From: Stegostoma tigrinum
Lineage: Eukaryota
Assembly (NCBI RefSeq): GCF_030684315.1
Contig: NC_081374.1
Coordinates: 32,896,630-32,960,629, forward strand
Direction: 5' to 3'
Length of the DNA stretch: 64,000 nt
Below, one piece after another: positions 1 through 12,873 of the stretch. Made by a program: the position numbers and the translations under genes. The notes under the pieces were generated by a model. It was not told where the DNA came from and made no database searches. It saw nothing but the letters and a program-made list of their open reading frames with translations. How positions within the stretch are numbered: the stretch's first letter is position 1; each line of letters begins with the position of its first letter.

Positions 1-2983
1 TCTGCAGCTACGACAGCAGCTGATACAGTCACAATGCAACTTCCCTTTTGAGACACAAAGTTTAACACATGCTGCCTGAGGATTATAAACAGGGATCCTT
101 TATTCTACTGGAATAGGTATTAATAGATAAGTCTATCTGAGAGCAACAAACTAACGGCAATAGATCTGTTCTTCAGGATACAGTTGTAGCACATAACGCC
201 AGACCCCTAATCAGTCAGATAATAGTTCAGTTGATGGAATGTCCACTGGAAGCCTCCTGTAGCTATGAGATGAAGATTACTTTGTCTCCAAGATTTAAAG
301 GGGAGCTCCCTTTCCTCACAGCCTGTCACTCTGATTTTGCCCAGATGTTCCAGCTAGGTCTACTGCAGCTATTTGGCCTACCCACTAGTATGTCCCAGTT
401 CACAGCTACTGTCAATGGCATTCATTTGTGCTATTTGTGACCCTGGCAATTCTGTACAAGATGCATCAATCTGGAACAGTGCTGTCACTCCTGGGTACTT
501 CTCCCTCTCTGTGTCTCTCACTGTGTCTCTATCTGAGGTTTCTCTGGTTCAGGGGTGCTGTCTGTTGAATGTATTATTTATCCAGCATGCATACATCCAC
601 AGTGGGAGTCTTCTGACTCACAAGGTCTGGGTTTTATGTTTTTGTCCCTTGTCACATGGTATCTAACTTGGCCCCTCAGCTTGTCAAAGGCTGTACTACA
701 CCCTGCAGGAAGACACCCAACGGGTCAGATTAGTACCTCATTTCTGTGCTGAACCCCACCATAGACACCTGCTGTTGAAGGCCCTGCTACACCTTTAAAA
801 GCTGCTGACTAGTTCCCACAATGCAGAAGCCTCTCATGCACCTGAATTTATCCCATGTGCCATTGTGCTCTTTATCTGTCCCTAATCCCCTCTGGAACAG
901 GGTCAGTCAAGACTGGCTGTTGTTTATGTCCTGGCCATGCCAGGGGGAACAATGAGCACTGTTGCCATTGCACTGAGATAGTGAGGCGCACTGCAATATG
1001 TCTGAACTTTGCGTATTTGGGGTCTGGCGAAGGTTTGGGAAGCAATAGGGGATTGGAAACTTGTGAGAGTGTTACAGCTGGATGGACCCTCCAATGGGCC
1101 TGGGGGCTAGTTAAATGGGGGCTCTATCACCCTTCCCCACCCCGGCCTTGTCCACCACAAGCCTACACAACTTACACAATCATCGGATGAGACCTGGGCA
1201 GAGGGAGTGGCAGACATTGAGCCGCCAGGCATGAATCTTTTTGCAAGTATAACTGTGATAGCGGTAGGGACAGGATGTTAGGTGCTTTCCAGGCTACCTT
1301 CTGGGTTTAACATACTCCATTCTCGGCCTTCAGCCCATCAGTGGGAAGCAGTAAATCCAGCCCATAATTTTGGCAGTGAACTCCTGCATGCGACCAAGTG
1401 AAGGCTGTGGTTAGCACGGTCTGGGAACAAAGGTCATTCCAATGAGCAAGAGGCACAAAACTGTCAGCTCCTGGCATTGCATTTATTCATGAATCTCGCA
1501 TTGCAATGACAGTGCCTGTATTTGGGGTTCATCCAATTTGACTGAGAATGACCTTGCAAGGATTTTTAATGTTTGATCAAGGCCCCAAAAACATCAATAT
1601 ATCGTAAGGTATAATTGCATTGCAGGTGATTCATGGTACGTTCGTCTTTCTCATTTTCAAATAAATAAATGACTTCTAACAGAAGCTCTTTCATAAAGAA
1701 AGTGGGTCCATTAAATGAAATAAAGGTGTCCTTATCCTCTAAAAGAGTACAACACTAATTAATGCTACTTTAAAAACCAGATGTGTTCAGTTCTTGAGGC
1801 AGTTGGTGTTCAGGAGTATTTTGCTGTTGTTCTCTGATTTCTAGCAGAGATGCGCAGGATGGAATTTCTATATAATCCATTATTGATGGCCAAATGAAGT
1901 TTGAATTTACATGGGAGTAGTAAATATAAAACGTAGGTTTTGTAAATAGATAACATGTTTATTGAATTACATCGTAATTCTGTAGTTTTCCGCATCATAA
2001 TTCAAAACACCTTTATAATGATAATGCTGTACAAAATTGAATCCCATTCATCAGAGAATTGAGTGTCACAAATCTCTTTGAGGTAAACTGATCTTCATTC
2101 AACATTTGAGCTCCTTGCAAATTTCACAAAATTCTCGGAGAACGTTTATGCAAATGTTACCATCTTCAACAGGAGTTTTGCAGAGTTCTATTCCACTTCT
2201 TTGAAGATCCGTTTCTGAGATATGTACTAAGGGTTGCCTTATGCTTTACTTGGCTTTTACATGCTTTGTGGGAGGTGGCTTCAAGAATTTCTGTTTGCCG
2301 TGTACTTTGGTTCTTTTATTACTTTTTAGGCAAACTTCCAGTGCAGCATGATTGTCTGCTGGGGGTTGGGAAGTGTAACATTGAATTAGATCAGTGAGAA
2401 GCAGACTTATATTGCAAAACATATACCAATTTTAATGCAATATAGCAAAATGGAAATCATGCACACAACTATTAAATTCCTTCTTTTAAATGTCTAAATG
2501 TAAAATTCAGTATCACATTCAGTAACTTGATGTAGGTTATGCTTTTCTTTCAGGAAATGTTATAATTATATGGCTAATAAAATTGTTGTGTTTTGGGATT
2601 GAGTTTTTAATTTTAAAGCAAAATGAAATGGGTCATTGCCCTGTTCAGAAGTTGGCTTGCGAGTGAGCCTGCTTTGATTGTTTGAGATTAAAATGGGGCT
2701 GTTGCAATCTGACAAGGAGAGGTCAAATGGCTTTCTTCTATTCCCTCTCCTCATTTGACTGCAATGGGTTGTTTTGTTTGAAAAGGATTACTTGCCAATT
2801 CAGTGAGTACTTAACTATTTACGCTGTGTGATCATGAAAGAACCAATAAGCAATTTTAAAACCAGATTTTCTTGACTTGAACAAAGAAAGAAGTCTACCA
2901 CACCCAGCACCTTCCCCTGCAACTGCAGGAAATGCTACACTTGCCCCCACACTTCCTCCCTCACCCCTATCCCAGGCCCCAAG

Positions 2984-3454
2984 ATGACATTCCACATTAA
3001 GCAGAGGTTCACCTGCACATCTGCCAATGTGGTATACTGCATCCACTGTACCCGGTGTGGCTTCCTCTACATTGGGGAAACCAAGCAGAGGCTTGGGGAC
3101 CGCTTTGCAGAACACCTCCGCTCAGTTCGCAACAAACAACTGCACCTCCCAGTCGCAAGCCATTTCCACTCCCCCTCCCATTCTCTAGATGACATGTCCA
3201 TCATGGGCCTCCTGCAGTGCCACAATGATGCCACCCGAAGGTTGCAGGAACAGCAACTCATATTCCGCCTGGGAACCCTGCAGCCTAATGGTATCAATGT
3301 GGACTTCACCAGTTTCAAAATCTCCCCTTCCCCCACCGCATCCCTAAACCAGCCCAGTTCGTCCCCTCCCCCAACTGCACCACACAACCAGCCCAGCTCT
3401 TCCCCTCCACCCACTGCATCCCAAAACCAGTCCAACCTGTCTCTGCCTCCCTAA
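2984..3454 (+). pseudogene. GIY-YIG endonuclease C-terminal part of the Penelope ORF (RT missing through 5' truncation)
   Basis: ORF track 156 aa with VVY...LYIGET motifs, conserved R and E, and a terminal GIN. The Met at 2984 is internal because the frame stays open upstream to about 2897. Confidence 0.88.
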
Positions 3455-3678
3455 CCTGTTCTTCCTCTCACCCATCTCTTCCTCCCACCCCAAGCCGCAC
3501 CCCCATCTACCTACTAACCTCATCCTACCTCCTTGTCCTGTCCGTCTTCCCTGGACTGACCTATCCCCTCCCTACCTCCACACCTATACTCTCTCCACCT
3601 ATCTTCTTTACTCTCCATCTTGGGTCCGCCTCCCCCTCTCTCCCTATTTATTCCAGAACCCTCACCCCATCCCCCTCT

Positions 3679-3706
3679 CTGATGAAGGGTCTAGGCCCGA
3701 AACGTC
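3679..3706 (+). ncRNA. Minimal hammerhead ribozyme-like core
   Basis: CTGATGA, extra A, stem II GGGT/CTAG/GCCC, GAAAC-GTC. Helix III is reduced to the palindrome ACGT and stem I is only about 2 bp. Confidence 0.65.
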
Positions 3707-5566
3707 AGCTTTTGTGCTCCTGAGATGCTGCTTGGCCTGCTGTGTTCATCCAGCCTCACATTTTATTATTGCTTTAGAAAGTGTCAGCTTGTCATGTGAC
3801 CTGCTTCCTCCAACTGTCCGGAATTAAGAAAAAGCCATTGCTCATATATTCCAAAGGTGGTTTAATTCCCTTTATGTCTAGAAGCTATCTTAGCCAAAGC
3901 CCCATTATCATGCAATTATTATTTAAAACCCGCTCTCCACGCCTCAAGTTCTTGCCCCAAATTTACCTTCTTAGTAAGATGGAAGATGCCAGTCCTACAC
4001 AATCCCTTGAAGTTATTGTCTTTGCATTTTGCAGATTGTCTCGATCGCATTGGGACTGGAATGTGAAATGCACAGAAATGCAAATTCTTTCATCACCTTA
4101 GCTGTCAGTTCAAATTATTGTCCCATGTCGTAAAGAGCCTGTGTTTTTAAAAATCCAATCCATATTCCACTCGGTGGATTAAAATCATTATTTGGTATAA
4201 AGCAGATCTTCATTGGAGAGCCAAGAGTGTGGTCCTGTGTTTGATTGGAAACAGAATACTGTATAATAAGAGTGGAAGATTTCAACATTACTGAAAATGT
4301 ATTAGGGATATTGGGTTGTAAACTCTTGTGCTTACAATTGTTCATTTATTCCGAGATATAAAAAAAAGAGTTGGGTTCACAGGGGTAACTAATTAGCACT
4401 TAGTTTGGATACAAAGCTCAAATGATTTGCAATGTTGTTGAAATGGTTTTTGAGACAGGAAGAATATCTAATATATCCTTAAGAACTCATAGAGACAGTT
4501 CGTCAGCTAGGGTATGATGGAGAAACAAGCACCTAAATGCTGAATATTTCTGTGGTTCACCGTGGAAAACTGCACATGCTGATATGTTATAATGGGCATG
4601 GAAGATTTGCTTAGTATTAGCTAGAGGAAGAAGTCTCCTGGAAAACTTTCATCATGAAAGAATGCTCTAGAATTAGAAGGAACCAAGCTGGGAAATGAAC
4701 TGATCATATGTAATCCCTGTAGTGCTAAGAATCATTATGGACTGTTTCTGGGAGAATTGGATATCGACTTTGAAGAAAATATAAAGCATACCTTCAAGGT
4801 TTCTTTTTGGTCTGCTGAAGTTAAGAACGGAAAGGTACTGTTCTGTGGTTTGAAGTAAAGCAACCTTAAAAAATAACATTTAATCAATAGTTTTTTTTTA
4901 CAGTTTGGTGTTACTACAAAATCTTCTGGAAACGTAAAACTTGTTGTGTCCTCCTTTCTGCCTAAACTGGAAATTTGTGTTTTGTTCTTTTTAAAAGCCT
5001 TGAGTCTCTGAGGATGGTCACAGTAAAGAAATCTTTTGTGCTTAATAAGATCAGAAAGCAATTTCAAAACCAATGCAATCACGAGAATGATTGAAATTGC
5101 ACAGACATTTGCATTGTTCCACCAATTTAAGTACATTACTTTCAGGTTGATGGAAGTTGGGTGCTGAAAGAACAGCAGTTAGGTGCTGAAAGTATAGTTG
5201 ATATAAGTTGACATGAGGAATGCTTAACAAGGGCACAATTACCAAGTCACTATCTAACCATTTAAAAATGCAGCCTGATGTTCCTGCTTGCTTACTGTAC
5301 ATCAGCATTATTGTCTACTTCATAGTGTGATTTAAAAGGTATTGATAATATATCGTGTGGGTTTGATATTAGGCTGTGCTGAATAGTGTTGTCTAACAAA
5401 TAAATAGTATTTAACAAGTTGCTTGGCTGATTAAGGCAGTGCATAATGTAAATCTCATTTTGCAGGTACATAATAAGTAGATAATTGCAGTTGCATACTT
5501 TAAATGCTGTCCCTTTGTACCTGCACCAAAGAACACTGATGTTTAGTTTTTGAAACAAAGATTATA

Positions 5567-5790
5567 TTTTTAATTCATTCATGGGATGTGAACATTGTTG
5601 ACAAGGCCAGCATTTATAGTTTTTTTTCTTAATTGCTGATGAGAAGGTGGTCATGAACTGCTAAGTTGAATGACTGTCGTGCTTGTGGTTTAGGCATACC
5701 CACAATGCTGATAGGGAGAGAACTCAAGGATTTTGGCCGGGTAGCAGTAAAGGAGTAGAAATGTAGTTCCAAGCCGGGATGATGTGTGAG
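5567..5790 (-). mobile_element. 3' end of CR1-group LINE family D (tail shared with SINE family C)
   Basis: Reverse complement ends ...AAATGCTGGCCTTGTCAACAATGTTCACATCCCATGAATGAATTAAAAA, homologous to the 3' ends at 42.5 kb and 51.2 kb. Confidence 0.7.
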
Positions 5791-5993
5791 GTATGACTAT
5801 CAAAACTAAATTCAAAGTTACATTCAGGACTACTCTTTAATGTTCTGTCATTGGGTACAATACTGCTCGACACAAGTTGAGTTCAGTGAGCCTTGTAACC
5901 TAGAAAACACCAGGCGCTTACAGCGGAATTGACTGCATTAATTTCTACTTTTATTCTCTAAAATATCAATATTGGCAATTCTTTGAAATATTT

Positions 5994-6350
5994 GGATGGC
6001 ACAGTCGCCCAGTGGTTAGCACTGCTGCCTCACTGCACCAGGGACCTGGGTTCAATTCCACCCTTGGGCGACTGTCTGTGTGGAGTTTGCACATTCTCCC
6101 CGTGTCTGTGTGGATTTCCTCTGGGTTGTCCAGATTCCTCCCACAGTCTAAAGATGTCCAGGTTAGGTGGATTGACCATGCAAAATTGCCCACAGTGTTC
6201 AGGTGTGTGCAGAAAATGTGGATTAGCCACAGGAAATGCAGGGTTAGATGTATAGAGTCACAGTGTGGGTCTGGGTGGGATTCTCTCTGGAGGGTTGGCA
6301 TGGGTTTGATGGGGGAATAGCCTGCTTCCATACTGTGGGGATTCTATGAT
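5994..6350 (+). mobile_element. HE1-type tRNA-derived V-SINE, near full length
   Basis: A-box-like CCCAGTGGTTAGCACTG, B box GGTTCAATTCC, core TGTGTGGAGTTTGCACATTCTCCCCGTGTCTG, and CR1-like tail CTTCCATACTGTGGGGATTCTATGA. Confidence 0.92.
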
Positions 6351-9300
6351 TTGAAATTCAAATGGCGACAGTTACATTTTTCTGACACAGTACAGAATCT
6401 TTCCACAGTGCACCAACATCATGTAAAACCACTGTAGTTCTGAAAGGGTTAAGAAGCTTTTAAATTATGTACATTTGTGGGTGAACAGCTGCAGTTATAT
6501 TCACATGGATCCCAGCCAGTTGGCTCACAATTGTACAATTCCCTTGTGTTGAAACTAAAGATGCCTTGGTGGCATTTAGAATTGAAATTTGGAGAATGGA
6601 TTCCCTAACACCAATCACAGATATATATCGGTCATAAAATCCTCTGAAAAATAAGAAAACGTCTGGATGAAATGATGGATATATTACATTATGATGAATC
6701 ACAGTAATCCATCAGTACATTTGCCATTTAATCTAATAGTCTAATATAAAATTGAAGACATCTTTCAGCACTTGCTTTCCAGTGGTATCTATTTAGTTTG
6801 TGGGCCATGTGTAACCAATGGGAAGTGCCCTGTGGAAGAGCTGTAACTCAAAATGTTTCCAGAAATAAATTATTCTGTTATTACGGTGGCAATTATGAGT
6901 GGTATGGCGTTAATTATGTCTGTCACTGAGATTGCGCTAATTTTAATCAGTTTGGACATGACGACATAAGTTACCAAGCTGTCAGGTGAAAAAGATCCAA
7001 ATACCCAGCCAGAGAGGAACAGTTAAGGTTAGCATAAGAAACATGTGAAAAACAGTCACTTTAAGAGGAGAGTTTGGACAATTTATTTTTTGTAAAGGGC
7101 GAGGAACAGTTGTTAATGTCACAGGGCCATCAGCACAATTGATGTAATGAGGCATTTTGAAACTGTTTATGTAATTCTTGCATGTGTTTGCAAAAAAAGA
7201 GGATTAGCCAGGCAATTAAGTTTAGCACTAGCATTAACAGAAACTATTTGGCATTTCTAGTTCTGAAATGGCCTTTTCCAAGTCAAACTGGACATGGTCA
7301 GCAGATCACTTACTTCGCATCATTTAGTATCAATATTAGATGGTGGATCAAGGTTTATTTTTATTGTTACGCTGCTTTCAGCAGTGAGGCTATTTGTAAT
7401 TCTCAGTTCATTGCTTTGCATAAGTACTGAATTTAATATCTCAACTCCACTCCTCTACTACCACTAACTGGAATATGATATATTGCATATTTCATGTAAG
7501 CAGCATGAAGATATTAATTCAGTTAAGTAAGATAATTCAAACAGGCCGAGACACTTTAAAAACACACTTTTTTTGGAAATAATTGCATTCATTCATATTT
7601 ATTCATGATATTTATATTCAAAACACTGAATGTGGCAAACTACACTAAAGGCAAATTGCAGCTAATTTGTCCAAGTCATGGATATTTTCTTATGATTTTA
7701 AGGAAAGTATTCATTTCAAGGCCAGCTATTCCTTAAGAAACAGTTTTTTAGTTGTCATGCACCCAACTGATAAGTAGTAATCTAATATCATTATGTCTTA
7801 TGGCACATGAACAGCTGTTGTGCAATAAAATTTGCTTGTGAAACGTTTAAATATTGTACATGCAGCACCTCAGGACATAACAGTCACAAGTTTAGTTATG
7901 AATTAATTTATTTTGGCAGTATTTTCACTTAAAATTTGTATTATTGTTTACAATTAAACAACTTCTTGCAATTCATAATGCCTTTAAAAGTCTTTAAAGA
8001 CAACACTACATCTCAGTATAATAAGAGTTAGCTATGCAATGAAAAGACACAATTTAGTTTGAAATAAGTGTATCAGTTTAAAAAATAACTATTTGAGAAC
8101 ATCCCCTTTTATTCTGACTGCATTCAAGTTTTTATCAATGCATGACTAATTCTGGTTAGAATTTGGATGTGGCATTAAAAGGTTGTAAGTTGTAATACAT
8201 CACAAAAAGTTCTCAATGACGTGGTAATAACTGTGGTAAAGGCCTTTATAATTTTCCCTCTGATCATGTTTGTTTAAATATGGTTCTCATCAATAGTTCA
8301 CCTTTTTTAGCCTTTATCTTTCTTTCAGACATTGGGATTTCATTAATTTTTGTTCATTTTTATAACATTCATTAATCACCTGTCCTTCCTTTCTTTACTG
8401 TTTGCTGCCCACTCTTATTTTCCTCTCCCTTATTTTTCATTCATTGTTGTTAGTTTATTTGATAGCAATCAGATTATGGGAGAAAACAGCGCAGAGCAAT
8501 TGTAGTCTTCACCTGCATGGTCAACACATTTCAGAAATGGTACATCAATGAGAGATTTTTTTATACTCTTGCCATTTATCTAATATAGAAAAGTTTTTCG
8601 GGTTACTTGTGGCGATGAGGTCAGGTCCCTTAGTGCAGAAAGCTTCTTTAAAAGTCGCTCCAAAAAATGAACATAATCTAAATTTCCATTTTGGAGCAGA
8701 CAAGTGTTTATATTTTCCATTTGAAACTTTTCACATTCATTCTCTAAAGAGTTTCTCTTTTTGTCAATAAAGTGTGTTTTGGATCACAAAACAGTAACAG
8801 ATTCTGGTCACAAAGATGTATGTTGTTTCAGTTGAAGTAAAAAGAACCCGGGAAAATGTGTGTTTGCTGCTCAGGGGTGGGATTGTACTCCCAGAAGAAA
8901 CCACATTGGTTCAATTAACACAGATGTCTCAGGCAGTCAGAGGGGTCACTTCACTGGCTGATGATTTTGTTCAAATCATTTATTCTAAGCTGAAGACCTG
9001 GCTTAACTAAGCAGAGAAAAAACAGAACATAAATACATTGTCCGTAGTTGCACAGCGATACATTTATCCACAAGGGTGGATGGAAAATTTATTGGTCAGT
9101 CTGCTGTTTTGAATTTAAGACTGCAGCTGAAAGCTATCAAAGGGAGTGACTGGGAGCAGCTCAAGTTGCACTTCCCCATGTGGCTCATTTTCTGATTGTG
9201 AAGCAGTTGAATGGATGTGATTAGGCCCAACTCTGTGCTCGTTAATGAATATCATTATGTGTTCCAACTGAAGAAAGTATTGCATTGTTGTTGAGAGCAT

Positions 9301-10694
9301 GATTCACGTCCCTTTGGTGAAGATGAGCCGGACAATGTATTTCAATTTCGGGTAGGAGAACTTTAAATGCTCTGTTTGAGCTTTGTTTGAAAACTCAAGA
9401 GCTTGGAACTATAGTGACTTGTCTCAGAATGCTTCTCGGGTTTCCTCATTGAAAACTGTTGAATCCATTCATCAAAATGTGTTCTATGTATTGTACTGTA
9501 CAATTCTTTGTAATTTAATATTATAAAAGATGACCATAAAATTGGCACAATTTCCACGGTAAGACTTTGTTTTATTTTCTTGTAAAACCTGTGAGATGAG
9601 GGTAAATTTTGTTTTGTTTGCTCTACTGAGCTGATAGCAAGAAAATCCTTTTACTAGTGTTAGAAGATGATGTTTACTTTGTTGAAAATAACATAAAAGA
9701 TTCCCAGTCTCATTATTTTTTTGAATTGTAAGTTTGAGTTGTTAATGATTAACTGAAAATGTGTGTATCAGTAATGTGATTGTCATTCAGGAATATTTCA
9801 CCTCCCTGACTGCTTTCCTGAAGCAGATTGGCTCCAATGTTGAACTTGTCCTTCTTCATAGAGAAGTTTTCTTGTTATAGTCAACAAGGCTATTGTTGTC
9901 TCCACCCTCTAACTCAAATGGTGAGGCCATTTAAACTGCACTTATTACTGTGCAAACCTTTGATCAGTAATCTACGGAAGAGCAATTATTGAACTGAGGA
10001 TTCTTCTAGCCATAATAACCCAATCCTCACTGGTTCCAATCTTGAACCTCTGCCCAAAATGTGTAAAATGATTGAGCGGCTGTGTCATCCAGAACTTTAA
10101 ACTTGACTAAAGAGCGATGACAAATTGAAGTCTTTTGTTTTGCACTCATTTAGGACCTGGACGCAGGAAACAGACATTGGAAGAGGGGCAACTCCATGTC
10201 AGTGATGGCCCAGACAATGCCCTCCCTGCCCCTTTAATATGTTCCATCAATTGGTGTGTCTTTTCTCAAGCCTGTTTCATGTACCCAAGTCCTGAGGGCT
10301 GTAAAAAGAAAAGCTCCAACTTCTCTCTTCTCTGGCAATCTTTAATTATATCATTAGTTAACGGCAACATCTAGCGGCTGGAACCACTTTCAGCTTGGAC
10401 CTCATTTATGTGCTGTTAGTAAGATTCAGTTGCCAGATAGGGAGCTCATTACATTTTGTGATGACAGGGTAGAAATCGAGCCAGATTCCATGCTGAACCT
10501 GCAGGTGGAATCTGGTGAGAGGGAGAGCTGCATGCACGGACCACTGTCAGAGACCCTTTTTGTCTTTGGTTAGACACTGCAGCTGCCTCCAGGTAAATTG
10601 AAATAAACATTATTGACCATTTGTTTGTGGTGATAGTCTTCTATGAGTGGATGAAGTGTGTGTTTTATACAAAAGAAGCTAACAACGAGGGAAG

Positions 10695-11085
10695 AATTTT
10701 ATTTTGCAGCAAGTGGTTAGGATCTGGAATGTGTGCTGCTGCCTGAGGATGTGGTTGTAATAGATTCAGTTAGTATCAAAAGTGAATTGAATATGGAAGA
10801 ACACTTGTGCAAGGCTATGAAGAAAAGGTGGGATAGAAACATAGAAGATAGAAGCAGCATGAGGCTATTCGGCCCTTCGAGCTTGCTCCACCATTCTTCA
10901 TGATCATGGCTGCTTGTCCAACTCAACAGCCTAATCCTGCTTTCTCCCCATAGCCTTTGACCCCATTCACCCCAAGTGCTACATCTGACTGCCTCTTGAA
11001 TACATTCAAGGTTTTGGCATCAACTACTTCCTGTGGTAATGAACGAAGGTTCTGTTTCCATGCTGTATGACTCTCTGACTCTGTA
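10695..11085. mobile_element. Nested CR1 3'-end fragments (+ fragment interrupted by a - fragment at about 10838-11045)
   Basis: GTGGTTAGGATCTGGAAT...CTGCCTGAGGATGTGGT on +. ATAGAAACATAGAAGATAGAAGCAGC...GGCTATTCGGCCCTTCGAGC is a reverse-strand tail, and CTGTTTCCATGCTGTATGACTCT is a + tail. Confidence 0.75.
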
Positions 11086-12320
11086 ATACATCACTGTCCC
11101 TTTCCCTGTCTCAATTGTTCATGAGTTTCTGAGCAATGATTATCATGATGCCACCTATGCTATTTGAAGATATTGTATTGATTAGTATGATAACCAGCCT
11201 GATGAAGTTCAACAACTGAGAGAAGACTGATTGAAACATTATGATTATGTAATAGACATTGTAATCCCAATATATCGCTTTCCTTCTTGATTTTTACCTC
11301 CTCTGCGTATAGGTTACAGGAATTTTAAATGCATAACAGGCTGTTTGCTGGATAAATGAGCTAGATTTCTATTGTTCCTGGCACGTTGTCATTCTTTCCT
11401 GATAAACAAATGCCAACTTTTTCTCATTATGTGTTAAAGCCCTAATAGTCATAATTATTTTAATTTTAAGTGTAATGATTCCTGTCATATGTTGCCTGTG
11501 AAACAGAACTTTTATATTTTTGTTTTGGATCATTTAAGCTGAGCAGTCTGAAATCCGTGTGGTAGTTACAGTGGATTACTTGACTTAGTTATTTAAATCT
11601 GATTTACAGTAGTATTTCCTGATTTATATTCTTCAAGTGCAATATATCTTTTTTGTCAAGAGCAAGATCTAATTCTTTGGTAGTAAGAGATGTATATGTT
11701 TGTACAACATCCTTCTGATTCACTTCAAGTTAGCATAATATAAATGTTACTTTGTTGGAATCGGTGCACATGAGGCTATCACATGACTTTAATTGAAAAC
11801 ATTAACTCACTTGAAGAAGGCCTGAAGTATAAAATTGAAACAAGACAGCTCTTCACAGCACAGCCATTAATAATGGACATATCGGAGAAGCTCTGAACTT
11901 ACAAAAGCGACCTCTTGAGATGGAGTAGTGATCTGACTTAATTCTTTAATGAAAATTCAAATCCTTTAAGGTGACAAAAGGGGAGATTTCTTAAGCTGAT
12001 GTCTTGTGCTGGTGATTTGATGCTGGTATTGAAAGATGAAGTAACTTTCTCTAAATTGTATTTAAAACAAACGTGGTGTCCTTATTGGTATTCATTTCAA
12101 AATTCATTCATTTTTGTAATACAAGAACTAGATATACTTTAATTTAAATGTAGCAGTTTGTAAATTGTGCAGTTTTAGTTATAACAGTGTAATTGTTTAA
12201 GATTTTGTTTCCCTTCCATCCCATGAATTATTGTAACATTGTCTATGTCATGTTCTTTAGATCTTCCTATTCAATTTGTTACGTTCCTGATCACGGCAAT
12301 AGGTGAGCAACCTGTAGTAA

Positions 12321-12445
12321 TTAAAAACCGAAAGAACTACGGATGTTGTAAATCAGAAACAAAAACAGAAGTTGCTGGAAACTCTCATCAGGTCTGGCAG
12401 CACCTGTGAAAGTATAAAGTCCGAGTTTATGTTTTGAGTCCAGTG
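12321..12445 (-). mobile_element. Penelope-like terminal fragment (family B)
   Basis: Homologous to 22395-22480 and 28362-28453 (GTTGCTGGAAA...CAGGTCTGGCAGCACCTGTGAA). Flanked by the degenerate direct repeat AACCTGTAGTA / AATCTGCAGTA. Confidence 0.7.
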
Positions 12446-12873
12446 GGAATCTGCAGTATCACTTTAGTTCCAAACGCAGGAGTACAGATTTAGGGAGATC
12501 TCCCTTGAATTTGTTTTCCTTCCTCTTTTCCTATGGAGAGAAGTACCTTCCTTTCACTTATAGTTTAGCAGGTTAAAAGCAGAAACTCATGAGCAGGTCT
12601 GGATTGTTTTACTGGTCTTTATCAAAGAGATGAAGTAACCATCTGAACAATACACAAATACCATTACAGAACTATTTTGCACATAATAAAAAGTACATCT
12701 GCAACAAAGTTCCTTTCATTCTACAAAAAAAAAATCATCTGGGTAATGATATTTTTTGAATTATCAGTATGCAAACTGTGCAATGAAGTAGGAGAATTCT
12801 GCTTACATAGTGATGATGCATCTATGTGCAGGATTGGTTTTGAAGTAATTGCGAACAGTAAACTGATCAGATC

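Larger units (their letters stand above)
2895..3770 (+). mobile_element. Penelope-like retroelement (family A), 5'-truncated young copy: GIY-YIG endonuclease, C-rich 3' region, hammerhead-like terminal module
   Basis: Uninterrupted frame FPCNCRKCYTC...FTCTSANVVYCIHCTRCGFLYIGETKQRLGDRFAEH...QEQQLIFRLGTLQPNGIN is the typical PLE Cys knuckle plus GIY-YIG domain. It is followed by a pyrimidine tract and the module CTGATGAAGGGTCTAGGCCCGAAACGTC, which recurs at 56.5 kb and 58.6-59.2 kb. Confidence 0.92.

Noticed and set aside
1-1363. GC-richer start ending in TAAATCCAGCCC, like a Harbinger/MITE terminus; similar hints at 30.6-31.0, 38.0-38.2 and 62.3-62.9 kb
   Set aside because: No matching TIR pair, TSD or transposase motif could be shown by eye, so it is left unannotated.
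5994-6065. tRNA-like A/B boxes as possible tRNA genes (also at other SINE heads)
   Set aside because: They continue directly into SINE bodies and do not form a full cloverleaf.
5966-6331. Overlapping 66-121 aa ORFs, and similar peptides at 15.3, 35.2, 50.0, 59.6 and 62.6 kb, that look like a repeated protein family
   Set aside because: All are translations of HE1 SINE copies.
11199-11225. CTGATGA-AGTT-CAAC-AACT-GAGA resembling a hammerhead or a C/D box
   Set aside because: GAAA is replaced by GAGA, there is no helix III or stem I, and it is too short for a C/D snoRNA. Probably chance.
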